From Octopus vulgaris (Eukaryota), in contig OX597816.1 of assembly GCA_951406725.2 (NCBI GenBank), positions 175,150,001-175,214,000 on the forward strand: 64,000 bases of DNA, read 5' to 3'. A program made the translations under genes and the position numbers. Position 1 is the stretch's first letter. Each line of letters opens with the position of its first letter. Shown piece by piece: positions 38,518 to 50,926 of the stretch. Under the pieces are notes generated by a model. It saw only the letters and a program-made list of their open reading frames with translations. It was not told the origin of the DNA and made no database searches.

Positions 38518-39630
38518 TAGAAGGTTTGGAGATGATGTACAGGTATTATATATTAGAAGAAATGAGGTACTCAGAAATCTGGATTGTTTTATATTTACAG
38601 ATATTAATGTGTCACATGTTTTTATAAATCATATATTAGTGCTTGCGTCCACTCTAGTGGAGTCTTCAGATTGAATTTCTCCAGATTTGTCTCTTTTTAT
38701 AGTATTATTGAATGTGTAGGTGTGGAGAGAGATATAAGATGCAGCTAGAGGGGTTGTGACGAATGTCTTCCTAAAATTTGAGTGACATGCGTGCTAATTT
38801 GTGGATGTGCATAAACTACATTCACGTACACACACACACATCCTGCCTTTTATCCACTCATTTGGCTGAGTGCAGGTGTTGTGGTTACAGATGAGGAACA
38901 AAAAACATTACAATGTCTACAAGAAAACTCATCTATAATCATTAAAGAAGCTGACAATAGAGGAGCCATTGTAATAATGGACAAGGCCCATTACAGGGAA
39001 ATGGTCTTAGAACAAGTCAATGACCAGCAATTCTACAGAAAGCTAGATAGCAATGCTGATAAATGAACTATGAGCAAAATTGGAAATTCAAGGATGAGTT
39101 TATAAAGGACTTGTATTGCCTAACCAATTTTGAAGTGAAGACAAGTAATTTTTATGGACTCCCTAAAATCCATAAATCCAGACAGATCAACAACAGCTTG
39201 AAAGACCTCTATGCTCTATATATAAAGATTCTCAAACCAACTGATTTCAAATTGTGTCTGATGCAGGACCTGTATCCAGCACCTAAATATTAAGCAACTG
39301 GCTGGACATAATTTTAAAACCTTTATGTAGATTATTTCCCAGTTTCATCAGAGATGATACGATCTTCTTAAACTATATCCCAGAACAGGTAGATTAAGAG
39401 ATAGTACTAGTTAGCTTTTGCTACACTAGTAACAGGATACCGAGAAGAAAAAAAATCTACACTCTACTCAGAACTTCTTTTGACCACAACTTCCAAACCT
39501 ACCTTATTGGAAACTGGAAAAGATTTTCAGATGACTGCTTTATATTTTGGAACCAAAATAAGGAGAACCTTACAAAATTTCTTAAATTAATAAACAGCAT
39601 TCATATATCAATCCAATTCATTATGAAAAT
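37800..39630 (+). mobile_element. Penelope-like element RT half, inverted relative to its 3' half and interrupted by a Helitron
   Basis: NIT|DEEQKTL..IIIKEADNRGAIVIMDK, FYGLPKIHKS, LDIILKPL, IQFIM. The frame rejoins when 37910-38891 is removed. Confidence 0.75.
37910..38891 (-). mobile_element. Non-autonomous Helitron inserted at an A|T site, carrying a Pif1-type helicase fragment
   Basis: CTAG at 37910-37913 with hairpin cctggtgttgctcggg; 5' TCTGT end at 38891; target acagA|Tgagg; FMHDQLYIAMRRA at 38382-38420 on the + strand. Confidence 0.75.
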
Positions 39631-40307
39631 GAATGAATGTTTTCGAAAGGAGAGATCTGACTCTCACATCTCTGCGGTCTGGGTTCAGTTTCACTGAATT
39701 TAGTAAAATAACTTAGTTATCATTAAGCTAGTGTTAGTAACATAAATTGTGACTAAGGTTTGGTGGAATTCAAAACTTATGAAAATGAGACATTTGTGTT
39801 ACTTAGCCAGAGGCAGTTTCAGCTGGGTTGGTATCGAAAGGGCAAAACAACATGTAGGTCTTTTTATCTTCGTTTGTGGTGCACTTGGTAAAATCATTTT
39901 TTATCTTTTGCAAAGTTGTGGAAAATATCTATCTTGTTAAGTGAATAAATATTGTGGTCTTTTTTATTAATTGGTGTGAAGAGAAGTATAATGGTCACAT
40001 CCTACTAGAGTTTCAAACAAGATTTCTAGAAGGATAGCTATGGTTATTATATATCAGTTTCAAATTCCACTGAGGTCGACTTTGCCTTTCATCCTATTGG
40101 GGTCGATAAATTAAAATAAATACCAGTTATGCACTTAGATCAATGTAATCAATTATACCCCGCCCCCACCAAATTTCAGGCCTTGCGCTTATAGTAGAAA
40201 AGATTATTTGTCAATTTGAAATGTTGCATACTGGTCATTGTAAGGAAAGTCATGGGTTAGTTGGAGTTGCAGTGAGATATAGATCTGGGAGGTAAAGTGT
40301 TTATAAT

Positions 40308-41089
40308 ATGTGCGTGAGAAGACCCGGCAAGACTAGTGAAGCCATAATCCGTGGCCCCTACCTGGGACGTAGTCAGTCCACCTGTGCATACCTTCCTTCT
40401 TGTGACACTTGTGAAGACCTGTTGAGGCAAGTGAGAATCGAATCGTATCAAATCAAATCGAACCAAATCAAAATAGATGAACATCAATGGAATTTGTATC
40501 CTTGTGGTACCAGTGCCGGTGGCACATAAGAAAACCATCCGAACGTGACCGTAGCCAGTACCGCAATGACTGGCCTCCGTGCTGAGGGCACGTAACAAAC
40601 ACCATCCGAGCGTGGCCGTCCGCCAGCCTCGTCTAGCACCTGTGTCGGTGACACATAAGAAAACACCATCCGAGCGTGGCCGTCTGCCAGCCTCGTCTGG
40701 CACCTGTGTCGGTGGCACATAAAAAACACCATCCGAGCGTGGCCGTCTGCCAGCCTCGTCTGGCACCTGTGTCGGTGGCACATAAAAAACACCATCCGAG
40801 CGTGGCCGTCTGCCAGCCTCGTCTGGCACCTGTGTCGGTGGCACACAAAAAACACCATCCGAGCGTGGCCGTCTGCCAGCCTCGTCTGGCACCTGTGTCG
40901 GTGGCACATAAAATCACCCACTACACTCTCGGAGTGGTTGGCGTTAGGAAGGGCATCCAGCTGTAGAAACACTGCCACATCTGACTGGCCTGGTGCAGCC
41001 TTCGGGCTTCCCAGACCCCAGTTGAACCGTCCAACCCATGCTAGCATGGAAAGCGGACGTTAAACGATGATGATGATGATGATGATGAT
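40308..41089 (+). mobile_element. RTE 3' end with a 5 x 63-bp expansion of the hairpin module (about 40597-40913)
   Basis: accatccgagcgtggccgtc occurs at 40601, 40665, 40728, 40791 and 40854; (GAT)n tail. Confidence 0.9.
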
Positions 41090-41524
41090 GTCTGAGAAGT
41101 TAGCTACTGCAGGAATGACAAGAAGAGAAGAGGCAATTTATTGGTGAACAGTAGCATAAGAAAGAAGTTGATCTGAATGAAAATCAGGCTTAACTTATGC
41201 AATATTGAACTTGCAGAATTATCATTGAGTAGGGAATAACTAAAAACATCCAACATAAAAGTAAGTATGAAACATTTAACATAAACTTTACCAGGTTTTG
41301 CTCACTGATCACTTTGGGTAGCACAAAAAATTCTTGTATTAAATTACATGAAAAGTTACGGTTTTTTTTTTCTTAGTTCCATCAGTTTTTAAAGAATATC
41401 TTGATATATGTAAACACCATTATTATTATGTGTTACTGAGTTAAAAATTATTAATGTTTAATCCACTGATATATTTTCATCATCCAGTTCTTATGATACT
41501 TTAACTTTTTGATTCTTTTGACAG

Positions 41525-41997
41525 TGATAAGCAAAAGTGGTATTATGGGTCCTTTAATGATGTCACAATTACCAAGGAATATGGCTCAATCACAAATGAT
41601 GTCATCTTCTAATTCATCTTCCAATAACCTGCTACAGAACTCACAGAGAATGGCAAGAAATGCTAACCACAACAACTCAATGAACAGTGGTCTGCTGCAA
41701 AATAATTCTGCTAATAGCACACCTAATAACACCAATAGCAACAATGGTCCTACCATGGGGACACCATTGGCCAACCAGTCTCATTCAGCTCCCTCTGTAG
41801 TCTCAGTTGGCTGTAGCACTGTTGCTGGTGGCCACAATAATGAAGCAGTTGTTGTTTCTGCTGGCAACTCAACAACTGCCCTACCTTCATCTTCTCAGTC
41901 CAGCTTATCACAACAACAGCAACCACCTCAAAATTTGGCAAACACAAAAGAGAAAACCTCAATGTGTCTAATTAATGAGTTAGCTCGTTTCAACAAG
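41525..41997 (+). CDS. stau: Staufen coding exon: N/S/Q-rich low-complexity region plus the start of dsRBD1 (ANTKEKTSMCLINELARFNK)
   Basis: Acceptor ttcttttgacag at 41524 and donor AAG|gtaaat at 41998; open frame throughout (ORF 41509..42030). KEKT-MCL-NELARFN is the dsRBD1 helix 1 signature of Drosophila Staufen and vertebrate STAU2. Confidence 0.93.
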
Positions 41998-42058
41998 GTA
42001 AATATTCACTCTTTTAAATTGCAAAATTAGATGATTTATTTACAAGTATGTTATTTAA

Positions 42059-42279
42059 CCCTTTCGTTACTGTATTTATTTTGAGATGCTCTGTATTTCT
42101 TTCAAATAATTAAAATATAACAAAGAATTTAGTAAAATAACTTAGCTATCGTTAAGCTTGTGTTAGGAACATAAATTGTGACTAAGGTTTGGTGGAAGAT
42201 TTTAATTCAAAACTTATGAAAACAAGGCATTTGTACTACAGAGCCAGAGCCGGTTTCAGCCGGGTTGGTAACAAAAGGG
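42059..42279. mobile_element. piggyBac-type MITE (221 bp)
   Basis: TTAA|CCCTTTCGTTAC ... GTAACAAAAGGG|TTAA. Partial copy at about 39695-39842; related ends at 44801, 47303 and 61733. Confidence 0.85.
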
Positions 42280-42744
42280 TTAATCCATTTAAATGTGCTT
42301 TTCTTTTTTCATGGAATTTAAACCTCACAACAGCATTGTGTTCAGTCCTTGGGATTTCCATTTGCTTCTGCTCTCCTGACTAATTTCATGTATTATGGTT
42401 CCATAAAAGATAATTGAGCTATGAAAATAATTGCTCAAGTATAGACTCTGACCTCCACTGGTCTGGAAAGATATAGAGGTGTAAAACATTTTCTTTGTCT
42501 TTAAAAAAATATTATTATTGTTGTCATAACTATCTTAGCAGTTGATGATATGTTGTTGGTTATAAATGAATGCTGTGATAGACATGAACATCCTAACTTG
42601 ACCAGTTTCACATTGTACAACAATAAGCTCCCTATTATTTAAAAGATATGGTTTAATTTTGACCATAAGTTAGCATGCCTTCAGAAAGGCATGCTCATTA
42701 TAACTTTCCCCATATTGTCAATTCATTTTCCCCATTTTGTTATG

Positions 42745-43152
42745 GTTTACTCTCTCTTTTTACTCTTTTACTTGTTTCAGTCATTTCACTGCGGCCATGC
42801 TGGAGCACCGCCTTTAGTCGAGCAACTCGACCCCGAGACTTATTCTTTGTAAGCCCAGTACTTATTCTATCGGTCTCTTTTTGCCGAACCACTAAGTGAC
42901 GGGGACGTAAACACACCAGCATCGGTTGTCAAGCAATGCTAGGGGAACAAACACACACACACACACATATATATATATACACATATATACGACAGGCTTC
43001 TTTCAGTTTCCGTCTACCAAATCCACTCACAAGGCATTGGTTGGCCCGGGGCTATAGCAGAAGACACTTGCCCAAGGTGCCACACAGTGGGACTGAACCC
43101 GGAACCATGTGGTTGGTTAGCAAGCTACTTACCACACAGCCACTCCTGCGCC
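42745..43152 (-). mobile_element. tRNA-derived SINE family B; other copies at about 1030-1100 (+), 14606-14710, 35480-35835 (-), 43455-43835 (+), 48842-49390 (+), 52560-52875 (-) and 61395-61628 (+)
   Basis: Head GGCGCAGGAGTGGCTGTGTGGTAAG...GGGTTCAGTCCC, central (TA/CA)n and ...gactgaaacaagtaaaagag tail shared among copies. Confidence 0.85.
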
Positions 43153-44458
43153 ATATTTAATTCAAAACAACAATAGGAAGAAACTGTAATGTACTGGACT
43201 ATATTGCATTAATTTCATCTTTCTGTGATCTGAGTTTAAATCCTGTTAGAGTCAACTTTGCTTTTCATAAACTTTAATAAAATAAGTACCAAGTGCCTGA
43301 TTATGTACCTATGTTATAAAAAATCATTATTAATGCTCGTGTAGTAATAGATGAGTGATGCAAAGTCTTAGAGGTAAGCTCTTGCTGTATCAAATTCATA
43401 TGTTGAATCTGATTCCTAGTTGAAGCCATTTTGTTGGAATAAAATATTAAACAATATAGGCATAGGTGTGACTGTGGTAAGGAGCTTGCTTTCCAACCAC
43501 ATGGTTCCATGTTCAGTCCCACTGCATGACCGTGAGCAAGTGTCTTTTACTATAGCCTTGGGCTGACCAAATCATTGTGAGTGGATTTGGAAATGGAAAC
43601 TGAAAGAAGCCCTATATATGTGTGTGTGTTTTTTGTGTTTGTTTGTACCTCCATCATTGCTTGAAAACTGGTGTTGGTGTGTTTACATCCCTGTAACTTA
43701 GCAGTTCAGCAAAAAGGACCAATAGAGTAAGTACTGGGCTTAAAAAGTAAGTCCATGGGTTGATTTATTTGACTAAAAATCCTTCAAGGTGGTGCTACAG
43801 CAAGGCTGCAGTCAAATGGATTGAAACAAGTAAAATAATAGTAAAAAAAAAAATGAAAGAATAAATTTTTACACTTTGAAGTGTTCAAATGATCTCATCC
43901 CAACATAAATCTATGCTGTCAACATCTTTGAAGTTAGTCTTTTCATAGTATTTCTGTGTCTCGTTCCCTCAAATCAACATTAGTTAGGTAAGTTTATAAA
44001 CAGATACATGACATAAAATGCTAGAGCTTCTATTTCTTTTGTTTCTATCTATAACATTCTTAACATGAACAAATACATCTTCAATGTATAAGAGGGGGCT
44101 TGTTTGGTCAGGTTAAATGAGATAAACAGAGTAAGATATCAGGTAATCATCCTACTTTTCTCCCACCTGCTTCCCCCCTTTTGTCTGTATGACTTATTTG
44201 AAAGCAATAATGAAATCATTTAAAGTTATCACAAATATAATGGACTTGAAGTGTGTTATCTTGTATGCCTATTTGACCTTTGTAAAATACAGTAAGTTAT
44301 GAGATACAACACCATTTGATACTGTTGGACATTGTTACTTCATTAGTAATTTGTAACACCACGTGTTATGGTGTTAAGTAAACTGAAGATGGAATAAGCA
44401 TTAATATGTGCAATTACATTTTTTCTTTATTAATTTATTTGCTTGAAAATGTTTTTAG

Positions 44459-44663
44459 GTGTCACACATGTACACACTGGTGGATGAAATTGGCCCAGCT
44501 CACAAGAAAACATTTTTTGTGAAGCTGAAGCTTGGAGAAGAGGAATATTCAGCTTCAGGACCTAGCATAAAAAAGGCACAACATGCGGCAGCAAGCATCG
44601 GTCTTGAAAAAACTGCTTACAAACATCCTCCTCCCAAACCTTCGCCTAAAAAATTTAATGGAG
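44459..44663 (+). CDS. stau: Staufen coding exon: remainder of dsRBD1 (VSHMYTLVDEIGPAHKKTFFVKLKLGEEEYSASGPSIKKAQHAAA...YKHPPPKP)
   Basis: Acceptor gtttttag at 44458, phase 0 matching the previous exon, and donor GGAG|gtatgt at 44664. Contains the GPAH and KKAQ dsRBD motifs and a YKHPPPK tail like Drosophila Staufen dsRBD1. No further exon was found before the window end. Confidence 0.95.
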
Positions 44664-44869
44664 GTATGTGCCTTTTCTGACATCTTTTTTTACTTCCTCT
44701 AAATCTTTACTTTTGTAATGATAATTTATTCTTAATTTATTCCTACCAAGTTGGAACTGATTAGAAGAGATACTATGTTGTAAGTGTTCAGTCATATTAG
44801 CCCTTTCGTTACTGTATTTCTAACCAATAAATACCCCTTATGCGTTTCAATTAAATTTGGTCTTTCTGT

Positions 44870-46995
44870 TTGTCCTTGTATTTTTGCTAAACCTGCTGAG
44901 ACCTGTGCTGGGGAAGTTACTTCTTGGATTTCCGCTGGTATTAACACCTTCATACCATCTTGCAAATACCAGCTGAAACCGCATTCCTCAACCTGGTTTT
45001 CTCCTGCTTGTGCTACTACCCATCATAATAATTTTTTCCACCAGTTTCAGCGAGATAGTTCCGCAGTGAATAAACAGCTTTTCACCAATGCTTGCAATCA
45101 CTGTAGGGCTGTCTTTCGTGATGCTAAATCAGACAAGCAGCACATTCATGATTATATAGCATCCCAGAAAATAGGCTCATGTGACTTCTGGAGAATTATT
45201 AAAAGTGTTAGAGGTAACAATAACACTTTATTCAACGGACCTGAGGTCTTGACTTCATCTAATAATAAAGCAGAGCTTTTTGTTTATTTGTTTAGTTCTT
45301 CTCGATGACTATGGTCATCCACTTCCTGATGTTTTTGTCAAAACTGATAAATTGTTACACAGTTATCATATTACTTCTGCTAAGGTTGTGGCAAGGTTGG
45401 ATCCATGTAAAGCAACTAGACCTGATGATATTCCAGTTATTGTTCTTCAGAAGTTCTCTCCTGAGTTGTCTGCTGTCTTATCTAGGCTCTTCCGAAGTGT
45501 ATCTCAGAATCTTGTTTTCCCTCTTTATGGAAGTTCCCAACTGTTGTTCTTGTCTTTAAGAACTGCGGTGATCGATCTAATCCTTGTATTTATAGCAGTT
45601 GTTCTTGATATCTCTAAGGCATATTTGATAGGGTTTGGCATGCTAGACTTCTTTGGAAGCTCCAATCCTTTGATGTGTTAGGTTCCATGCTGAACATCAT
45701 CTCCGCTTTCCTTTATCACCATAGGATCAAGGTTGTTCTTGATGGTCAGTCTTCATCTAGTTATTCTTTTAATGCTGGGGTTCCTCAAGGTTCTCTCCTG
45801 GGCCCAACTCTCTTCTTTTTATCAATGATCTGCCTGATCATATCATCTGTCAGCTAGTAATCTATGCTGATAACTCTACTTTGTACTCTTGTTTGGATAA
45901 ATCTGATGACTTGTCTGATAAGGTTGAGATTGATGCTAACTTTGGGAATGATCTTCGATCTATTATTGAGTGGGGTAAAAAATGGCTTGTAACTTTCAAT
46001 CCATCAAAAACTAAACTTCTTTCAATTAATGGCTTCAGATATCCTTTTAGGCCATCGGTTTTAATAGATGGTTTTATGCCATCAGTTTTAATAATTAAGG
46101 TGGCGAGCTGGCAGAAACGTTAGCATGCCGGGCGAAATGCTTAGCGGTATTTCGTCTGCGTTATGTTGTGAGTTCAAATTCCGCCGAGGTCGACTTTGCC
46201 TTTCATCCTTTCGGGGTCGATAAATTAAGTACCAGTTACGCACTGGGGTCGATGTAATCGACTTAATACCTATGTCTGTCCTTGTTTGTCCCCTCTGTGT
46301 TTAGCCCCTTGTGGGTAATAAAGAAATAGGTTTTAATAGATGGTATTGACTTACCTGAGAGTTGTTATATTCGTTTCCTAGGAGTGACGTTCCGTAATGA
46401 TTTTTCTTGGAGGACTTACATTGAATCTATTGCAAAATCAGCTGCAATGAAGGTAGGCACACTCCTTCATTCAAGGAGTTATCTCACTCCTGAGACTATT
46501 CTTTATCTTTATAAGTCTACCATTCGCCCCTGCATTGAGTACTGTTGTCACATATGGGCTGGTGCTCCTGCAGATTGTCTAACTCTGTTGGACCGCATTC
46601 AATGCCGTTTTTGTAATGCTATTCGTCCTGAATTGGATTCACTCTCTCATTGTTGTCATGTGGCTTCCTTGTCTCCTTTCTGTAAGTATTTTCATGGACA
46701 TTGTTCAGCTGAGCCCTCTTCTCAGGTTCCCCATGCATCCAGTTCTCATCAGTATAGTATGCAACCTCCTAAGTGTCATAAAGCACTTTACAATACCAGT
46801 TTCTTCCCTCACACCTCTAAACTTTGAAATTCACTCCCACAGTCTGGTTTTCCTCTTCAATATTACCTCCAGTCTTTTAAGTCTAATGTACATTGTCACC
46901 TTTTGACTTCTGTCTAGCATCCATTTTATTCTAGTAGCTCTTATGTTTTCGTTAGTCTATGGACCTTGTAATGAATGAATGCTTTAAAAAAATAA
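44870..46995 (+). mobile_element. CR1/Jockey-group LINE ORF2 remnant with a nested family-A SINE
   Basis: STWFSPAC, DFWRII, KAELF, LDISKA, GVPQGSLLGPTLF, YADNST, WGKKWLVTFNPSKT, LYKSTIRPCIEYCCHIW, SFFPHT; A-rich tail. Confidence 0.85.
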
Positions 46996-48184
46996 AAATT
47001 CTAAAATTATCGTATATATAAATTGGTTTAATAAAACAACTCAGACTTGTTTTATTTATCAACATATTAGTGTGAATTTTGGAACACAGTTTAACAACAG
47101 GTTCTTAACCAAATCTATAATTTATATCTCAAAGGAAATCTAATTACTGGTAAATACAGGAAATTCAACAAAATATAAAATTAAATTTTGTTTAAGCCTC
47201 AGCTTAGACAATGAGTTATTAGCTAATATTCAATGAGTATACTGCGGCCTACGATAAATTTTTAGTCAAGGGAGTAAAACAGTAATCATATTCAAATTTT
47301 AACCCTTTCGTTACTATATTTCTGACCAAAATACACCCCTCATGAGTTTCAATTAAATTCAAAAATAATCATGAATTTAGACTAGTTTCATTAAACAACT
47401 CTAACTTTTTTCTTATCAACATATTAACGTGATATTTAGAACATAATTAAAGAAAGGGTTCTTAATCAATTCTATTGCATAACTTTTGTCTCAAAGTGGC
47501 TTTAATTACAAGTAAATCCAGGTAAACTGAGCAAAAGGTAAAAATATTAAAATTTTGTTTAAACATTACAATAGAAAATGAATTATCGGCTAATATTCAA
47601 TTGGGTTTGCAACAAAATTTTGATATAGAAGAATTGTGCTCATCGCTAGATCATCAGTTGAATTTAATGCACAACAGAACAGGTGTACCATAAAGGTGAA
47701 ATAAACTGAAATACTGGAATCCACCTAAATCCACCACAAGTTTGACCGAACTAAAAAAATCGATCAAAAAATAATATACAGCCCTGGTTATGGTATGGAA
47801 GTGATAAATTCCAGACCACATTGTACCCTAGGCCATGGTGACTAACATTATTTTCCCTGTATTAAAACTAAATCCACAGCAGTACCCAGTATTCTGCGTA
47901 ACAGTTTGTTTCCACAGTGATCACTTCAAACAAGCATACTGAAAAAAATAAAAGTCTAATGGTTTCGCTTCCTAAGAAAGACTATAGATAAACTCTATCT
48001 CCTCAGAAAAATTGTTAATAAAAACATTTTTAAAGTTTTTACTTCATTCCGATGTAAAATTGTCTTTGCTGTCACTATTGGTCTGCTGCACTCCACAAGT
48101 TGTGCTTAGGAACTTTCACTTATCTTCTGTGCTACAAGTGTGTGACTCTTCCTCCTTCTCATCATATGCTTCATTTTGGATGAT

Positions 48185-48545
48185 TTTAAATCTCTGACTA
48201 ATCAAATGATCCTTAAGCTTTCATACCCTTTTCCAAACTGGTTTGCTTCTTGGAATCTTATGAGCCAGTTGCTTGAAGTCCCCAATGAGTAACCTATGCT
48301 GTGAGGTACATTTTTATGCAGGAAAGGCCTTTGCATTTATAAGCAGCCATGAATCCTGCTTTCTAGTGAGGATGTAGTGAATCTGGCTTGCATAGTCACT
48401 GGATTTATAGGTTATCAAGTGACTGACTGGCTTTCTGAAGTTAGTGTTGAAGATCATTAGGTCATTTCTGTCACAGAACTCCAGCATTCTTATACCCTCC
48501 GCATTTCAATAACCAGTTGCATGTCCATCATGCACCCCATGCATG
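48185..48545 (-). mobile_element. RTE APE-domain fragment
   Basis: Reverse complement encodes EGIRMLEFCDRNDLMIFNTNFRKPVSHLITYKS...QIHYILTRKQD...PQHRLLIGDF. Confidence 0.7.
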
Positions 48546-49409
48546 TGTATACACACACACTCTCTCTCAATGTTCCTAAAAGTGCTTCTAACTTTCTTAA
48601 GCATATGTGGGAAACACCAAATTATTTCATTTTCCTCTTTAAGTTCTGTGTAATAATGCATTCCGGTTGTAATCGGTTCAAAGAAAAAAGTAAACAAAAT
48701 AAACAGTTTTTCAATTCTTACTATATTTGAATGTAAATTCACTTTTTTCTTTATTGCTATTGGAGCTGGTCAGAATTGTTTCACATTTGGAGAAATGTCT
48801 GATTCATACAAATTTGTGTGTGTGTCTATATATATATATATAGGTGCAGGAATGGCTCTGTGGTAAGTAGCTTGCTTACCAACCACATGGTTCTGGGTTC
48901 AGTCCCACTGTGTGGCACCTTGGGTGTCTTCAACTAAAACCTTTGGCCAACCAAAGCCTTGTGAGTTTGGTAGATGGAAACTGAAAGAAGCCCAGCATAT
49001 ATATATATATATATATATACTGAACTTTCCAGAAGTTCCTGACGATGAATTTGTCATATTTACATACCGGAATTTTACCGGTAAATAATTGTTGGTTATA
49101 TGAAAAACCACTGAAAAATTATTTACCATTTTTATTGTATATATATATATATGTATGTATGTATGTATATATATGTGTGTGTGTATGTTTGTGTGTCTGT
49201 GTTTGTCACCCCAACATCACTTGACAACCGATGGTGGTGTGCTTACATCCCCATAACTTAGCAGTTCAGCTATAGGGACCAATAAAATACGTACTAGGCT
49301 TACAAAGAATAAGTCGTGGGGTTCATTTGCTCAACTAAAGGTGCTGCTCCAGCATGGCAACAGGCAAATTACTGAAATGAATAAAAGAATATATATATGT
49401 ATATATATT

Positions 49410-50850
49410 TTCTCCTTCAGTAATCACTCTAAGGCTATTACAAGGAATTTAGTTAGAAATATTTCACTTAGACTTTCTAGATTATCTGCTAATGTTGATA
49501 TCTTCAACAATAAAGCCAAATTTTACAACTCTGCTTTTCTTAAAGCAGGCTATAAAGAAAAAATTACCTATATTAACACTATTGACATTAATTCTACCTC
49601 TATTAATCAGGACATGAAATGAAGTTATAACGATATTAACAATATAAATTTTAGTTTGAATAACGACACTAAATCAACTAATATAATTCTGCAGCATAAG
49701 GGAGATAACCATTCTTTAAGACCCTTTTTTCATTATAAATGTACATCGATGACTTTGAAAGATAATTACCCTAATAGCAAGGTATGTCCCAGCAAAACAC
49801 TTTGGTTGATAATTCCATATGGTAAGCAGATCAAATCCAACCTCCCTTACCAGTTTTGTGAAGGTATAGATAAGAATTTCCCCCAAAATTCAAAATACTA
49901 TTTGATTATTAATTCACACCGAATCAGGAAAGGATTTTCCTAAAAACCTTTCGTAAATCATCTCTTCACATAATAATAAGTTGTTAAATACAAATCCACT
50001 TAATGAAAAGAATAACATTGATATTCCTGAAACTAACCATTCTTTAAATAATAATAGTAACAATAAATTTCTGATATAAATTCCAATCACATTCATTTCC
50101 TTAGCAGTAATTCTAAGACTAGAAACTCTATTTATCAATGTAAAATTACTTCAGGTTCTGACATCTTTTTTTATATATGTAGTTCTTCATCTCAGTTGTC
50201 CAAAAGAATATCTAATCATTACTCTACATTTAGACATATCAATAAATGTAACAATACTGGGCTTAGTAAAATAATTTGGTCTCTATAAGAACATAATAAA
50301 CAATTTGATTTGGAATGGAATATTCTATCCAAATCATTTCCGTATGATAAAGGTAAATCTTTTTGTTCGCTCTGTAACAATGAATTGTATTTCATCCTGT
50401 TCTCAGAGAATCTTCTTGTAAGCACATTTAAAGAATGTGTTTATTATTGCAAACATTGATAAAAACATACCTTTAGTTCCTATAAGTGATTTCTACCAAT
50501 CTATATAATTTGACCTTTAATTGTCTTCTTACATTTCAATTCCTATTCACCTATCGCACTATATTTCTCCATTTTTAATTTTCTGCTAATTTCTTTCTTC
50601 TTCCTCTTTCTATAAATTGCCTTTGATGTTATATATATTAATGTTTTTTATTAAAAAATAATGTACCAACATTCCCTTCATCATATATGCAGTAATCACA
50701 TTTGGTTAAAATGTCTTATTGATGTGTTTCATTTCTCTTTTTTTCTTCGATGAGAAGATTGCATTGTTTTCTATCATTTTATTCCTTTTGGAATGATAGC
50801 AATGTTTTCTTCAAAACATGTCGGAATTATAAAGATTTGATTAACACCTG
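49410..50850 (+). mobile_element. Penelope-like element, decayed C-terminal half + 3' UTR with degenerate hammerhead
   Basis: SNHSKAI..NISLRLSRLS, SIYQCKI...FFYI, RISNHYSTF..TGLSKIIW, LEWNIL..PYDKGKSFCSLCNNE; hammerhead-like motif at 50743-50826. Confidence 0.75.
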
Positions 50851-50874
50851 TGCGTAACTCCATTTATTTATTTA

Positions 50875-50926
<52 letters not shown>

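Noticed and set aside
40597-40913. CRISPR-like repeat/spacer appearance of the hairpin modules
   Set aside because: Linkers are near-identical or homologous, the array is part of an RTE 3' UTR, the context is eukaryotic, and there are no cas genes.
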